DNA from: Bdellovibrionota bacterium
Lineage (GTDB): Bacteria; Bdellovibrionota; UBA1018; CAIPTA01; JAALKR01
Reading direction: 5' to 3'
Assembly (NCBI GenBank): GCA_965207455.1
Contig: CBDBMJ010000003.1
Location: 182,489-246,488 of the forward strand
DNA: 64,000 bases
Notes under the pieces: generated by a model
Told to the model about the DNA's origin: nothing
What the model saw: the letters and a program-made list of their open reading frames with translations, nothing else
Databases searched by the model: none
Part shown: piece by piece, positions 27,177-36,955 of the stretch
Position numbering within the stretch: the first letter of the stretch is position 1
Layout: each line of letters opens with the position of its first letter
Position numbers and translations under genes: made by a program

Positions 27177-27773
27177 TTACAACTTCTCCACTGTACTTGT
27201 TGCGGCTATCAAAAAATTGCATATTTCCAAAAATGTTTTATCTAAATTGTGGTTAGTAACCACAAAATCAAATTCATCTTTATGGAAAATTTCTTCTTGA
27301 GCAGCCAAAAGCCGCTTTTCTATCACCTCTGCCGTATCCATGGAACGAGCTACCAAACGCTGCCTTAGTACCTCCATGCTAGGAGGAAGAATGAAAATAC
27401 TGATAAGCTCTTTAGCAAATATTTGCTGCAAGCTCTGCACCCCTTGAACGTCTATATCGAATAGAACAATTTTTTCTTTCTTTCTTTCTGCTTCCAAACG
27501 CAATAGGCTTGTACCATAGTCATGCTCATGTACAGTAGCCCACTCCAAAAAATAGCCATTCTCCCTCATCTCTTTAAACTCTTCTTTTGTAATAAAAAAA
27601 TAATCTTCTCCATCTTCCTCTTCTCCCCTGGGCGGCCTCGACGTATGAGAAATGGAAAGAGAAAGATTTGCGTATTTTTCCAAGAGCATGGAACAAATAG
27701 TAGTCTTCCCAGCGCCACTGGGGGCTGCAATAGCAATATAGAATTTTTTATTGTGAATAGATAAACTAGCCAT
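27177..27773 (-). CDS. gmk: guanylate kinase
   Basis: 198 aa with P-loop IAIAAPSGAGKTT and a GMP-binding region. Confidence 0.9.
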   Translation of the reverse strand: MASLSIHNKKFYIAIAAPSGAGKTTICSMLLEKYANLSLSISHTSRPPRGEEEDGEDYFFITKEEFKEMRENGYFLEWATVHEHDYGTSLLRLEAERKKEKIVLFDIDVQGVQSLQQIFAKELISIFILPPSMEVLRQRLVARSMDTAEVIEKRLLAAQEEIFHKDEFDFVVTNHNLDKTFLEICNFLIAATSTVEKL

Positions 27774-27775
27774 GA

Positions 27776-28681
27776 TTACTCCAAATTCTGTATTTGCTCC
27801 CGAATTTTGTCCAAGCCAAGCCTCACCTCTATACTACGATTCGTAATTTCAATTTCTCCCGCTTTGGCTCCCAAGGTATTGGCTTCTCTCATTATTTCCT
27901 GCACAAGAAAATCTAAGCGTTTTCCAAGAGCACTTTTTTCATTTTTCACCAGTAAACCTTGAAACTGACTCAAATGACTGTCTATGCGATCCAACTCCTC
28001 ACTAATATCACTACGATCCACATAATAGGCCACCTCCTGCAAAAGCCGGGATTCATCCAATTTTGCATTTATAAATTGAGGTAATTTTTGAATTCGAAGG
28101 TGTAGACGATCTTCCATTCGTTTACGAACACCACTAGCTAAAGTTTTAATCTCTTTCATGTACCTGGTAATTTCATGAAGCTCTTTCTGTAAAACTTTTA
28201 CAATGGCTTCCCCTTCTTTACAACGCATTTGAAGGAGCTCCACAATAGCTTCTTCCAAAGCTTTGTCCAAGAGCTCAAAAATTTCTTTTGTTTCATCCTC
28301 TGCTCGAGGTGCTTCTTCCGTAATAAATGTGTTCGGCAAACGAAGCAAACTACTCACACTCAAGCCGCTGGGAATGCCCAATTTTTTAGCAATAGTTCCT
28401 ATGCTCTCGGAATAGGTGGCAACAGAGGACTCGTTTATGGGAGTAATAAGACTTGGGTCTAGGATTTTATGGTAAACATAAACTTCAATCGTGCCTCTCT
28501 CAATAGACGTGCGCAGCCTTTTCTTTAAGGCATACTCCCAGACGGAAAGAACTCGAGGCAGTTTTGCACGCAAGTCGAAATGTTTTCCGTTGACTGTCTT
28601 GAGTTCAACTTGAACTTGGAATTTGGAAGAGACTTTAGTACCACGACCAAAACCCGTCATGGAATAAATTTTTGAATCCAC
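27776..28681 (-). CDS. yicC: YicC-family stress-induced protein
   Basis: 301 aa with N-terminus MDSKIYSMTGFGRG and a conserved C-terminal DUF1732 region. Confidence 0.8.
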   Translation of the reverse strand: MDSKIYSMTGFGRGTKVSSKFQVQVELKTVNGKHFDLRAKLPRVLSVWEYALKKRLRTSIERGTIEVYVYHKILDPSLITPINESSVATYSESIGTIAKKLGIPSGLSVSSLLRLPNTFITEEAPRAEDETKEIFELLDKALEEAIVELLQMRCKEGEAIVKVLQKELHEITRYMKEIKTLASGVRKRMEDRLHLRIQKLPQFINAKLDESRLLQEVAYYVDRSDISEELDRIDSHLSQFQGLLVKNEKSALGKRLDFLVQEIMREANTLGAKAGEIEITNRSIEVRLGLDKIREQIQNLE

Positions 28682-28691
28682 AGGTCATCTC

Positions 28692-29678
28692 CTATTTTGT
28701 AAGATCCGTACGTTCTATAAACTGAGAACCCATCGCACGAAATCTCGCTGTCCGCTCTTTCTTTAATGTCTCACCAGACTTTTCCATCAGCTTCTTAAGA
28801 TGAAACTTGAGTCGCTTCTCCAGTATTTTTGCCGACTCCTGATGATCTTGGTGACAACCCCCCTGGGGCTCCGGCACAATCTCATGAATTACACCTAGAG
28901 AAAGAGCATCCTCTGCACCCATTTTTAATACTTGGGCAGCTTTTTTGTGCTGACCGCTGTCGCTCCAAAGAATCGAGGCACAACTCTCCGGAGAAATCAC
29001 AGAATATATGGAAAACTCTTGCATCAGTAGACGGTCTGCCACCGCAATCGCCAACGCTCCACCTGATCCACCCTCTCCAATCACCACGCCAATAACGGGA
29101 ACCTCTAGGGAAAACATGCGCATAATACTGTCGGCAATGGCTTCACTTTGCCCCCGCTCCTCAGCACCCAAGCCAGGGTACGCCCCAGGCGTATCAATAA
29201 ATGTAATAATGGGTATCGAAAATCGACTAGCCAGATCCATCAAACGAATAGCCTTCCGGTACCCTTCAGGCTTTGCCATACCAAAGTTTCGCTTTATTTT
29301 TTCCTTCGTCCCACGACCCTTCTGTTGACCAATCACCATCACGGGTTGTTTGCCTAAATTCCCTAGACCACCGATAATGGCCGGGTCGTCTTGAAATTTT
29401 CTGTCTCCATGGAGCTCCTGAAAATCCGTGAAAATATGCTCTATATAATTAAGGGTATAGGGACGGTTGGGATGACGAGACAACTGCACTCGCTGCCAAG
29501 GCGTGAGCTTTCCATAGACCTCACGGGTAAGCTGCTTGAGCTTGCTTTGCAGCGCATTAATCTCCCCACTGAAATCTATACCCCCATGACGAGACATGCC
29601 CTGCAACTCTTGAATTTTTTTCTCCAAGTCTAAAATAGGCTGTTCGAAGTCGTAGTTCTGGTCCATAAACAATGCCAC
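28692..29678 (-). CDS. accA: acetyl-CoA carboxylase carboxyltransferase subunit alpha
   Basis: 328 aa. LDFEQPILDLEKKIQEL, the CT-alpha core (GAYPGLGAEERGQSEAIA) and the oxyanion-hole GGSGGALA match AccA. Confidence 0.9.
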   Translation of the reverse strand: MALFMDQNYDFEQPILDLEKKIQELQGMSRHGGIDFSGEINALQSKLKQLTREVYGKLTPWQRVQLSRHPNRPYTLNYIEHIFTDFQELHGDRKFQDDPAIIGGLGNLGKQPVMVIGQQKGRGTKEKIKRNFGMAKPEGYRKAIRLMDLASRFSIPIITFIDTPGAYPGLGAEERGQSEAIADSIMRMFSLEVPVIGVVIGEGGSGGALAIAVADRLLMQEFSIYSVISPESCASILWSDSGQHKKAAQVLKMGAEDALSLGVIHEIVPEPQGGCHQDHQESAKILEKRLKFHLKKLMEKSGETLKKERTARFRAMGSQFIERTDLTK

Positions 29679-29786
29679 AATAGCAAGCTAAGTGCCAAAC
29701 CGCAAGGTAAAGGCTTTTAGTCAAAAAAAAGCCCTCCTTATGTCTAAAGAGAGCTTTCTATTTCTAGTCTGTGGTGAAAGGAAAGT

Positions 29787-30431
29787 TTATTCGCACTTAC
29801 TACTAGTAAAGGTTTCTCGCGATTGAGGCGAAGCAGTCATCGCAGCATAAACTGAATTCATATATTGTTCAACATAGACTCTAATTTCTTTTTCTGTAAA
29901 ACCATACTTCACTGCCCTCTCTTCATCCGACATTTTCATTAATTCTGATACGGGATGATGATCCGCTCCAGATTCTAAATCTGTCTTTACTTCCTGCCAT
30001 AGCTGATCTATCAGTTTACAACTAATAAATAAAATTCCTCGACTATGTCCTTCAATATACCCTTTAGCAAATGCTCTCTTGGATATATCTGTGGTTTTTG
30101 CACCCTCTTTTACTTGCTTCATTCGAGCATTACTCACATCTCGAGGATCGAGGGACATTGAGTGATAAGCCTCAGGCGATGCATGATCCTCCTCCCAACC
30201 TATAACTTTACCCAGACCTCCGTTCAAAATTCCTTCCCTATACCCAGTAAAGTGCCCAACATAGAATTCACGCAATGCTTTCAACTGCTCTGTTTGATCG
30301 TAGACTTTCAGAACTCGAGTAGATCTATGTGGTGTGGGACTACCAAATGCGCTGGGATTATTATCAGCAGCATTTCCAACGGTTGGTAATGCTATGGCAA
30401 GTGCCATTGCTGTAATTGTTAATTTTTTCAT
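29787..30431 (-). CDS. secreted protein of unknown function
   Basis: It starts at MKKLTITAMALAIALPTVGNA (signal peptide), with AGGAGA 9 nt upstream. The track ORF starts 13 codons earlier. Confidence 0.4.
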   Translation of the reverse strand: MKKLTITAMALAIALPTVGNAADNNPSAFGSPTPHRSTRVLKVYDQTEQLKALREFYVGHFTGYREGILNGGLGKVIGWEEDHASPEAYHSMSLDPRDVSNARMKQVKEGAKTTDISKRAFAKGYIEGHSRGILFISCKLIDQLWQEVKTDLESGADHHPVSELMKMSDEERAVKYGFTEKEIRVYVEQYMNSVYAAMTASPQSRETFTSSKCE

Positions 30432-30587
30432 TATTGCTTTTCTCCTTTGTTTTGAACTGCATGCAAGCACGCTAGTTCGGTTTACTGCTTAACTTGATGC
30501 ATTATGCCCAATATAACGCATAAAGTCAATCTTATTTTAAGTGATACAGAAAAACTGCAAGTGTCTGAATTTAAAGAAAGAATCTCT

Positions 30588-31940
30588 TTATGCGCTCACA
30601 TTCACATCATTGAGTAGGCTGTAGTGGGGGCCATAATAGGCCTGCCTTCCGTCCATTCCATTAACATTGATAAGAGTGGAGGTATCGGACCAGCGTATTT
30701 TAGAAAAATTTGTGGGAAATTTTCCAGACAAGCTCCCGCCCTTTATATAGGTGACGGTATTTTTTTCGTTATCGTATAGGCGAGCTAGGCGAATTTCGGA
30801 AGAGAAAGTTAAGTCATTGGCAGAAGTAAATAGACCTGAGAATTGTAGTATTTCTAAAACCTGAGGCGCACTTTTGCGAAGCGAATCCACGGACTGAGAT
30901 TGTTGTGGCTCTAGGACTACTGTGCCTTGGTTGGTGGTAACTTCTTTTTTTAAGTAGTCGGAAAACTTTTTTTCCGACGGATTGCAAATAATCTGATTGT
31001 CTTTTGCCAGCACTTGTTTTTTTTGTGCATCCCCATAGCTATCAAATAAACAAGAGCCAAAAGAATGGATCATCTCTGGATCTAGGGATAGAGAAAAGGG
31101 GTGACCTTCAAAATTAGGAATGAGTGGTTTTCCCGTTTCCATAAACGGAGTATTGAAATATTTATTTCTAGTGTTTAGCTGAGACAATACATCGCTAAAT
31201 ATTGGACACATATCTGCGGCACTCAACAGTACGGCATACTTGCCCGTTTTTGGTCCTTCCTTAGTAAGAGAGTATTTTGCAAAATCCGCTGATTGAGTGC
31301 ACATTTTCGGAAAGTCCATCTGCTTGGAACTACCCGACCATTGGGTAAGTAAAAACTCCTCGGCCATGTTTTCATTTTTTTCGGAAAAACAAACTTCCGT
31401 ATAAATTTGGGTTTGAAAATTTTCACCGCAAAAACCGTTGCTCAAAAAAAGTTCTCTCCGGTCTCGTGAGACAAATAACTCTGCTGAATTAAAATGTCCC
31501 TGCTCCGTGTTTTGTATGGCTTCCACTAAGTTCTTGCCCATCTCCTCTGTACTCGCACCCAAGTTTTCCCAAATAAGGGGGTCGGCTCGATTCTTATGGG
31601 GAATTTTCGGTGGGTTTTCCTGCAAGCTCCAACGCTCCTCTTCTCCTAGGTGAGCTGTTGCTATAAGGGTTTCTACTTGTTGATGGAGGTTGTTTGTAAA
31701 GAAAAACTTTTTTCCAGCAGCGCCAAGTTTTTTCTCTTTAGAGACTTCTATGGAAACGTAAAGAAGTTTCTCTTGGACAAATCGACGTTGATCCAGGGAT
31801 GCGGTTTGTGTCTTGTCTTGAATAAAGTAGGCCTCTTCCCTGTCTGTGGAAATGTTTCTTACCGTCCATTGAAAAATGGATCCATCTTTTTTTTTGGCTT
31901 CCAGTTCTTTTAGTAAATTATCTATCGTCCAATTTTCCAT
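30588..31940 (-). CDS. pmbA: PmbA/TldE-family metalloprotease-modulator protein
   Basis: 450 aa with general PmbA/TldD-fold similarity but no HExxxH. It is immediately downstream of tldD with a 2-nt gap. Confidence 0.65.
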   Translation of the reverse strand: MENWTIDNLLKELEAKKKDGSIFQWTVRNISTDREEAYFIQDKTQTASLDQRRFVQEKLLYVSIEVSKEKKLGAAGKKFFFTNNLHQQVETLIATAHLGEEERWSLQENPPKIPHKNRADPLIWENLGASTEEMGKNLVEAIQNTEQGHFNSAELFVSRDRRELFLSNGFCGENFQTQIYTEVCFSEKNENMAEEFLLTQWSGSSKQMDFPKMCTQSADFAKYSLTKEGPKTGKYAVLLSAADMCPIFSDVLSQLNTRNKYFNTPFMETGKPLIPNFEGHPFSLSLDPEMIHSFGSCLFDSYGDAQKKQVLAKDNQIICNPSEKKFSDYLKKEVTTNQGTVVLEPQQSQSVDSLRKSAPQVLEILQFSGLFTSANDLTFSSEIRLARLYDNEKNTVTYIKGGSLSGKFPTNFSKIRWSDTSTLINVNGMDGRQAYYGPHYSLLNDVNVSA

Positions 31941-31942
31941 AA

Positions 31943-33538
31943 CTACCCCAACAACACATTATCAACAAGCATGTAAGGACCACCGGAGCCGGCTTGCACC
32001 AACTCTTTGTGGTACTTTCCACAACCGCCAACCTTATTCAAGGGATGGTGACAAGTGTCCTGCTCCACCTTGTCTGCCTCTATTTTTGACTTCATTAAAA
32101 TGGAATTAAGGTAATCGGGAGTATAGCCCGTCATTTGCACGGAACCGCCACTGGGACCATGAAACACTTGCCCCGTAAGTTTGCCGTCCTTGATTTCCTC
32201 CAAGTATGCAATGCCAACTTGGATTCCCATACCTTTGGGATCTTCCATACCTCCGGCAGGATGGTGGGCTAAAAAACCATAGTCCACGGCCTTGAGGAGT
32301 TCGTCTAAGGTATGTGTACCTTCGCTAAAGTAGGTATTGGTTTGACGAGTATACACTCCATGGGACCAACACTCCCGTTTTCCATTGGCTGTTCGGGGTA
32401 CGGATAGGCGAATGGCCGACGTTAGGTTTGTCATGGGGGACTGGAGAACTCCTCCCTTTACTAAGTATTGTTTTTTCGCTAGCCAACCTTCTTCGTCGAA
32501 ATAATAGGAACCCCAGGCACCGAATCCTTGATCCGCATTTTTATAAATAGCTGGGTTATTGAGTATAGTCGCTAGTGCATTCCCCACAGATTCTTTGCTG
32601 TGGTAAAGTTCCCAAGCCTTCGACCGACCTCTAGCGCAGGTGTCTCCCTCCTGAGAGTGACCAAATGCCTCGTGGGCAAATACACCCGCAATATCGGGGC
32701 CCATAAGTAATTTATAGCGACCCGCCTTTAACGGTTTTGCTCCCAGTTGCTTCTCCAGCATGAAATATATTTCTTCCAACGATTCTGGGTCAAAGTGTAC
32801 GGTTTCTCGTCCACCCAGACCACCGTCCACGCAATAGCCCCGTTCTCCTTTTTTCATTGCCATGCCCGTTACTCGATTGCGCAGCAAGGACTGGGAAAGA
32901 TTCACCTGTGCGTCCATAAAAAAGTAGTCCTCTTTGCTAAGAGCGAGAGAGGCTAGGCTAAAGTCCACATTTTTACAGGGATGGTTGGGGGGAAGTTTTT
33001 TTGCATACTCTTGAATCTCTTGCAAGTATTTTTCTACATACGTCATCGCTTGGGCATCCTCTGTCCAAAGCATTTCCTGAGAAGGAGTTCCAAAGTGTAC
33101 ATGGGTGTCTGGCTGTGGGTTAGGAGGAATTTGGCTCAAAAGCTCTGGTTCAAAGGCTCCTTCTTCCTCTAGGCGCTCCTTCCAAGTGGGAGCTTTATAG
33201 TACTTTGGTTTTCCTGTGGGGTTTTGGGGGATTCTTTTTACTAAATCAGATGCCTGATTTTCTAGATGGGATTTTTCCAAGGAGTCCGTTGCTTGTTCGT
33301 ATAAAGTGAAGCCGTCGTAAATTCGTAGTACCACTCCTTGGCGAATATTCTCTGAGCTTGCTTGACCACGTTGGTTTCGTGTAAAAATCTTTTCTCCACG
33401 TCGTTCCAGCAGTACAGACACATACCATTGGGGATTGGGTGCTTGGAGAATATCGAGAAGCTTGGACAAATGGGTGTGGGTGGATGTGAGATAGGGTTCT
33501 GGGGTGGCCCGTATAGGTGCTCTGTTCTGTTTTTCCAT
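31943..33538 (-). CDS. tldD: TldD-family zinc metalloprotease
   Basis: HEAFGHSQEGD (the TldD HExxxH motif) and GxC near the C-terminus (VGGCGK) are present. The start was chosen at MEKQNRAP (GGAG 6 nt upstream); the track starts 18 codons earlier. Confidence 0.85.
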   Translation of the reverse strand: MEKQNRAPIRATPEPYLTSTHTHLSKLLDILQAPNPQWYVSVLLERRGEKIFTRNQRGQASSENIRQGVVLRIYDGFTLYEQATDSLEKSHLENQASDLVKRIPQNPTGKPKYYKAPTWKERLEEEGAFEPELLSQIPPNPQPDTHVHFGTPSQEMLWTEDAQAMTYVEKYLQEIQEYAKKLPPNHPCKNVDFSLASLALSKEDYFFMDAQVNLSQSLLRNRVTGMAMKKGERGYCVDGGLGGRETVHFDPESLEEIYFMLEKQLGAKPLKAGRYKLLMGPDIAGVFAHEAFGHSQEGDTCARGRSKAWELYHSKESVGNALATILNNPAIYKNADQGFGAWGSYYFDEEGWLAKKQYLVKGGVLQSPMTNLTSAIRLSVPRTANGKRECWSHGVYTRQTNTYFSEGTHTLDELLKAVDYGFLAHHPAGGMEDPKGMGIQVGIAYLEEIKDGKLTGQVFHGPSGGSVQMTGYTPDYLNSILMKSKIEADKVEQDTCHHPLNKVGGCGKYHKELVQAGSGGPYMLVDNVLLG

Positions 33539-33595
33539 CTGAAACTCCTTTTTAGTCGTTTTATTTTTAACAAATCTATAGTAAAAACTCAAGGT

Positions 33596-34726
33596 ATGCG
33601 TAAATCTACTCTCTTAGCCTTATCACTTCCACTTTTGGCCTCTTTTCTTCTTTATTCCTATCCTGCCTTGGCAGACCTCAGATCTATTAAGCTCCCTCCA
33701 GGGTTTCGTATCTCTGTATTTGCGCAGAATGTCCCAGGAGCCCGTTCCCTTAGCCTCGGTCCCAAGGGGATCGTGTTTGTGGGCAGTAGGCAAGGTGAGG
33801 TATACGCATTGGAGGACAAGGACGGAGATTTTCGTGCAGAAAAAGTATATACGGTTGCCCGTAACCTAAACTTCCCCAATGGGGTGGCCTACTATAAGAA
33901 ACACCTTTATATTGCAGAAATTGACAAAATACTTCGCATCAAAAATATAAGCCAACACCTTCGCACCTCCACAACTACCCCGGAGGTGATCTATGAGAAT
34001 CTTCCCAAGAAGAGCCACCATGGTTGGAAGTTTATTGCCTTTGGACCGGATGGAAAGCTTTATATTCCAGTGGGTGCTCCATGCAATATTTGTGACGACA
34101 AAACAGGACCATTTGCAAAAATATTGAGATTAAATATAGCGGCAAAAGAAATAAAAAAGGAGAAACTAGAGGTGGTTGCCCACGGGGTTCGCAATACGGT
34201 TGGCTTCGACTGGCATCCAGAAACAAAGAAGTTATGGTTTACTGATAATGGGCGAGATCTTTTGGGGGACGATCAACCACCTGATGAGTTAAACCGGGTC
34301 TCCAAAAGCGGCAATCATTTTGGCTATCCCTTTTGCCATGGAGGCGACATCCTAGAACCTACTGTCCTGGCAAGAAATCGTCTCTGCTCCGAGTTCGTCG
34401 CTCCAGTAAGAAAATTAGGTGCCCATGTGGCAGCCCTTGGCATGCGTTTTTATAGAGGAAAGCAATTTCCTAAAAAGTACCATAATCAAATTTTTATTGC
34501 AGAACATGGTTCCTGGAATCGAAGCTCAAAAAGTGGCTATCGTATTACCTTAGTGACCATGAAAAATAACGGGGCAAAGCCCACCTATACATCCTTTGCC
34601 ACTGGTTGGTTACAGGGAGAAAAGGTTTCCGGCAGACCGGTGGATGTTCTCAATATGCCAGACGGATCTTTACTTGTCTCCGACGATCTCAGCGGCCAAG
34701 TTTACCGTATTTCTTATAAAAAATAA
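33596..34726 (+). CDS. PQQ-dependent soluble sugar (glucose/sorbosone) dehydrogenase-like beta-propeller protein, secreted
   Basis: It starts at MRKSTLLALSLPLLASFLLYSYPALA (signal peptide). The propeller motifs NGRDLLGDDQPPDELNRV and HFGYPFCHGGD are present. The track ORF start at 33362 would overlap tldD. Confidence 0.75.
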   Translation: MRKSTLLALSLPLLASFLLYSYPALADLRSIKLPPGFRISVFAQNVPGARSLSLGPKGIVFVGSRQGEVYALEDKDGDFRAEKVYTVARNLNFPNGVAYYKKHLYIAEIDKILRIKNISQHLRTSTTTPEVIYENLPKKSHHGWKFIAFGPDGKLYIPVGAPCNICDDKTGPFAKILRLNIAAKEIKKEKLEVVAHGVRNTVGFDWHPETKKLWFTDNGRDLLGDDQPPDELNRVSKSGNHFGYPFCHGGDILEPTVLARNRLCSEFVAPVRKLGAHVAALGMRFYRGKQFPKKYHNQIFIAEHGSWNRSSKSGYRITLVTMKNNGAKPTYTSFATGWLQGEKVSGRPVDVLNMPDGSLLVSDDLSGQVYRISYKK

Positions 34727-34737
34727 TAGAGGGAGGG

Positions 34738-35412
34738 TTATTCTTCGAACAGGTCTTCATAAAATTGACTATACTCTCCGGTCCCCTCAAGGAACGTCAT
34801 ACTAAACAAGCTAAAGATAAAAAGTAAAAATAAAAGAAATAAAAATAAAAGTACCTGTGGTGTGAACACCACAAGCAGTGCCCGGGAAGAAGAGGTGGCA
34901 AATTGTTCTCGAATGGCAATTACAAGCAAAGCAATTGTGGCAACATACGCCAGCAAGCCCCCTAATACGGGAACAACGGAAAGCCAAGAAGCAACAATGG
35001 CACAGCCTAAAATTTTCAAGCAGGTTTTTTGATTCATATTTTCATGGCTAGGAAGGAATATTTTTGCAAATACATAGAGAATAATAGAATTGATAAAAAG
35101 CCAGGGAAGTATGAAAAACGGATGCAGTAGGGCCTTGGCACTGGAGAAGAGAAATGCTCGCCCTTGATCCATGGAATCTGCCCCATCTACAGTGAGATAG
35201 CTACCAATCCAATCGGAGAAAAATGTTGTGATGATGGCAAGTGATAGGGATTGGAAGAAAAATAAAAAAAGTGCGCTCAGCCAAGAGCTGAGTAAGCCCA
35301 GTGCTAGCACTTTGTGCAGATCTATTTCATTGAAGTCTCGACGAAAGAATGACGCTGGTTCCAGAAGAATGGATTGGCAGTAGTGTAGGTAGCTGCGAAT
35401 AATTTGAGGCAT
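34738..35412 (-). CDS. polytopic membrane protein (Yip1-like?), unknown function
   Basis: 224 aa with about 5 TM helices. Confidence 0.4.
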   Translation of the reverse strand: MPQIIRSYLHYCQSILLEPASFFRRDFNEIDLHKVLALGLLSSWLSALFLFFFQSLSLAIITTFFSDWIGSYLTVDGADSMDQGRAFLFSSAKALLHPFFILPWLFINSIILYVFAKIFLPSHENMNQKTCLKILGCAIVASWLSVVPVLGGLLAYVATIALLVIAIREQFATSSSRALLVVFTPQVLLFLFLLFLLFIFSLFSMTFLEGTGEYSQFYEDLFEE

Positions 35413-35428
35413 GTTGTTTTATTTATTC

Positions 35429-36940
35429 CTAGTATTTTTTGTTGGTTTGGTTTTTTTTGTTGGCAGCTTTATTGGCAGCTTTATTGGTGGCTTTATTGAT
35501 TGCTCGCAACGCTTTCTCCACTTTTTCTTGGTCTGGATCCCAGAAGTTCACAATAGAAGAAGGCATTGCTTGGGTAAATTTTTGATTCATCTTTCGCAGT
35601 TCCTTTTTTCTCGCTCCGTTTACTATGCTTATTGTCCGATAATCTGTGCGGATTTGCAAATTTTTGATAGCTTCCTTTTCTATATCTAAGAATTCCACCT
35701 CAATATCCCAGTTATTTCTCCACAGTTTCCCTAACTTCGATTTGCTGGGAATAAAGCTGGCCACATTCTTTTCCAAAAAAACGTTCACAAATTCTTGAAA
35801 TTTTTCGGAAGAAAACCGACTTGTGTTCTTTGGCGAGTTCTTTGATGGGTTCTGGGCTATCTCTTTCCATTCATTGCCGTTCACTTTTTCTAGGGTATGG
35901 GATTTTTTCCTTCCATTGCTGGAGATAAAGGAAAGGCGCGCATACATAATTTCATTTCCTTCTTGCATGATTCTTCTTTCCCGGTACTCAGGGAAGGTGC
36001 GGGAGAAATTCTTAAGCCTTGAGTGCTCCAATTCTGCTGACCAACTAAGGTCTGTGCTCTCCACCCGATAATTTTTACTGCCTTGGATAGGATACAGTTC
36101 TATTCTTTTCGTTTTTTCTTTCTCTGTAACGGATATGACGATAGCAGGAGGCCCTTGCTTTTTATTTTTATCTTCAGGCACTTCGCTCTTTGCACGAAAG
36201 GCGATGATCGACCGCAATAAATTATTAAGTAATTCTTGATCGGCATCCACTTTTTGAGGTTGGGTGATCTGCCAAGTATTATTTTTTTTCTCCCCTGAAA
36301 TGATGCCTTGTTTGCCATATTTCCATGAGATTGCCGTTACGTCTGATCTTTTTATTCCGTGGAGAATTTCTTTATTTCGCCAATGGAATTGAGTTCGATT
36401 GAGTGTGGCATGGATGTCCGCAGGAACGAGAAATATGGCCTCAGGCTTTTGTGATGCTTGGACATAACGGGTGCGCCCCAGGGGATTTTTTTCCCCCAGC
36501 CATAGTTTTTCCACTGTAGTTGAGCCCGTCATTTGAATACGAAGCGAAATGGGAAAAGAATCAAAGCCAAACTCCTTTTCCCACTGAGGAACTTGTTTTT
36601 TTTCTAACCGCTCCACAAAAATCAAATTCCTTACGGAGTGGAGTAAGCTTGCCACATTTTTGCCTGCTGCTGGAAGAACCTTGGGCCTCACGATGTCCCA
36701 TTTTTGGTTATTCGTATAATCACAGCCTTTGGGTTCTTTGCATTCTAGGCGAATAGTTCCTTTTTCTCCATTAAAGTCAATCTCCACCCAAGAAAATCGA
36801 TCGTTCTTAAATGAAAAGATACGCCTTTCCTCCCTAGCCTCTTCCGTTCGATTTTTCTTCCATACTAGGGAATCAAAAAAATACAGGCTACCCAAGATCA
36901 TAAATACTATGGCTAAAATAAAGGACGTTTTTATATTCAT
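35429..36940 (-). CDS. DUF4340-like periplasmic protein associated with GldG-type ABC auxiliary component; C-terminal (KAAN)n repeat tail
   Basis: 503 aa with an N-terminal signal anchor. It is positioned after the gldG-like gene, as DUF4340 genes typically are. The C-terminus is KATNKAANKAANKKNQTNKKY. Confidence 0.45.
   Translation of the reverse strand: MNIKTSFILAIVFMILGSLYFFDSLVWKKNRTEEAREERRIFSFKNDRFSWVEIDFNGEKGTIRLECKEPKGCDYTNNQKWDIVRPKVLPAAGKNVASLLHSVRNLIFVERLEKKQVPQWEKEFGFDSFPISLRIQMTGSTTVEKLWLGEKNPLGRTRYVQASQKPEAIFLVPADIHATLNRTQFHWRNKEILHGIKRSDVTAISWKYGKQGIISGEKKNNTWQITQPQKVDADQELLNNLLRSIIAFRAKSEVPEDKNKKQGPPAIVISVTEKEKTKRIELYPIQGSKNYRVESTDLSWSAELEHSRLKNFSRTFPEYRERRIMQEGNEIMYARLSFISSNGRKKSHTLEKVNGNEWKEIAQNPSKNSPKNTSRFSSEKFQEFVNVFLEKNVASFIPSKSKLGKLWRNNWDIEVEFLDIEKEAIKNLQIRTDYRTISIVNGARKKELRKMNQKFTQAMPSSIVNFWDPDQEKVEKALRAINKATNKAANKAANKKNQTNKKY
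35461..35496. repeat. 3 x 12-bp tandem repeat (tggcagctttat) encoding the C-terminal NKAANKAANKA tail
   Basis: Direct tandem copies are visible in the sequence. Confidence 0.55.
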
Positions 36941-36955
36941 AAGTGCCTCTTTATA

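Noticed and set aside
35411-35689. Plus-strand 92-aa ORF with FVGSFIGSFIGGFI repeats
   Set aside because: It is antisense to the 12-bp tandem repeat that encodes the (KAAN)n C-terminus of the DUF4340-like gene.
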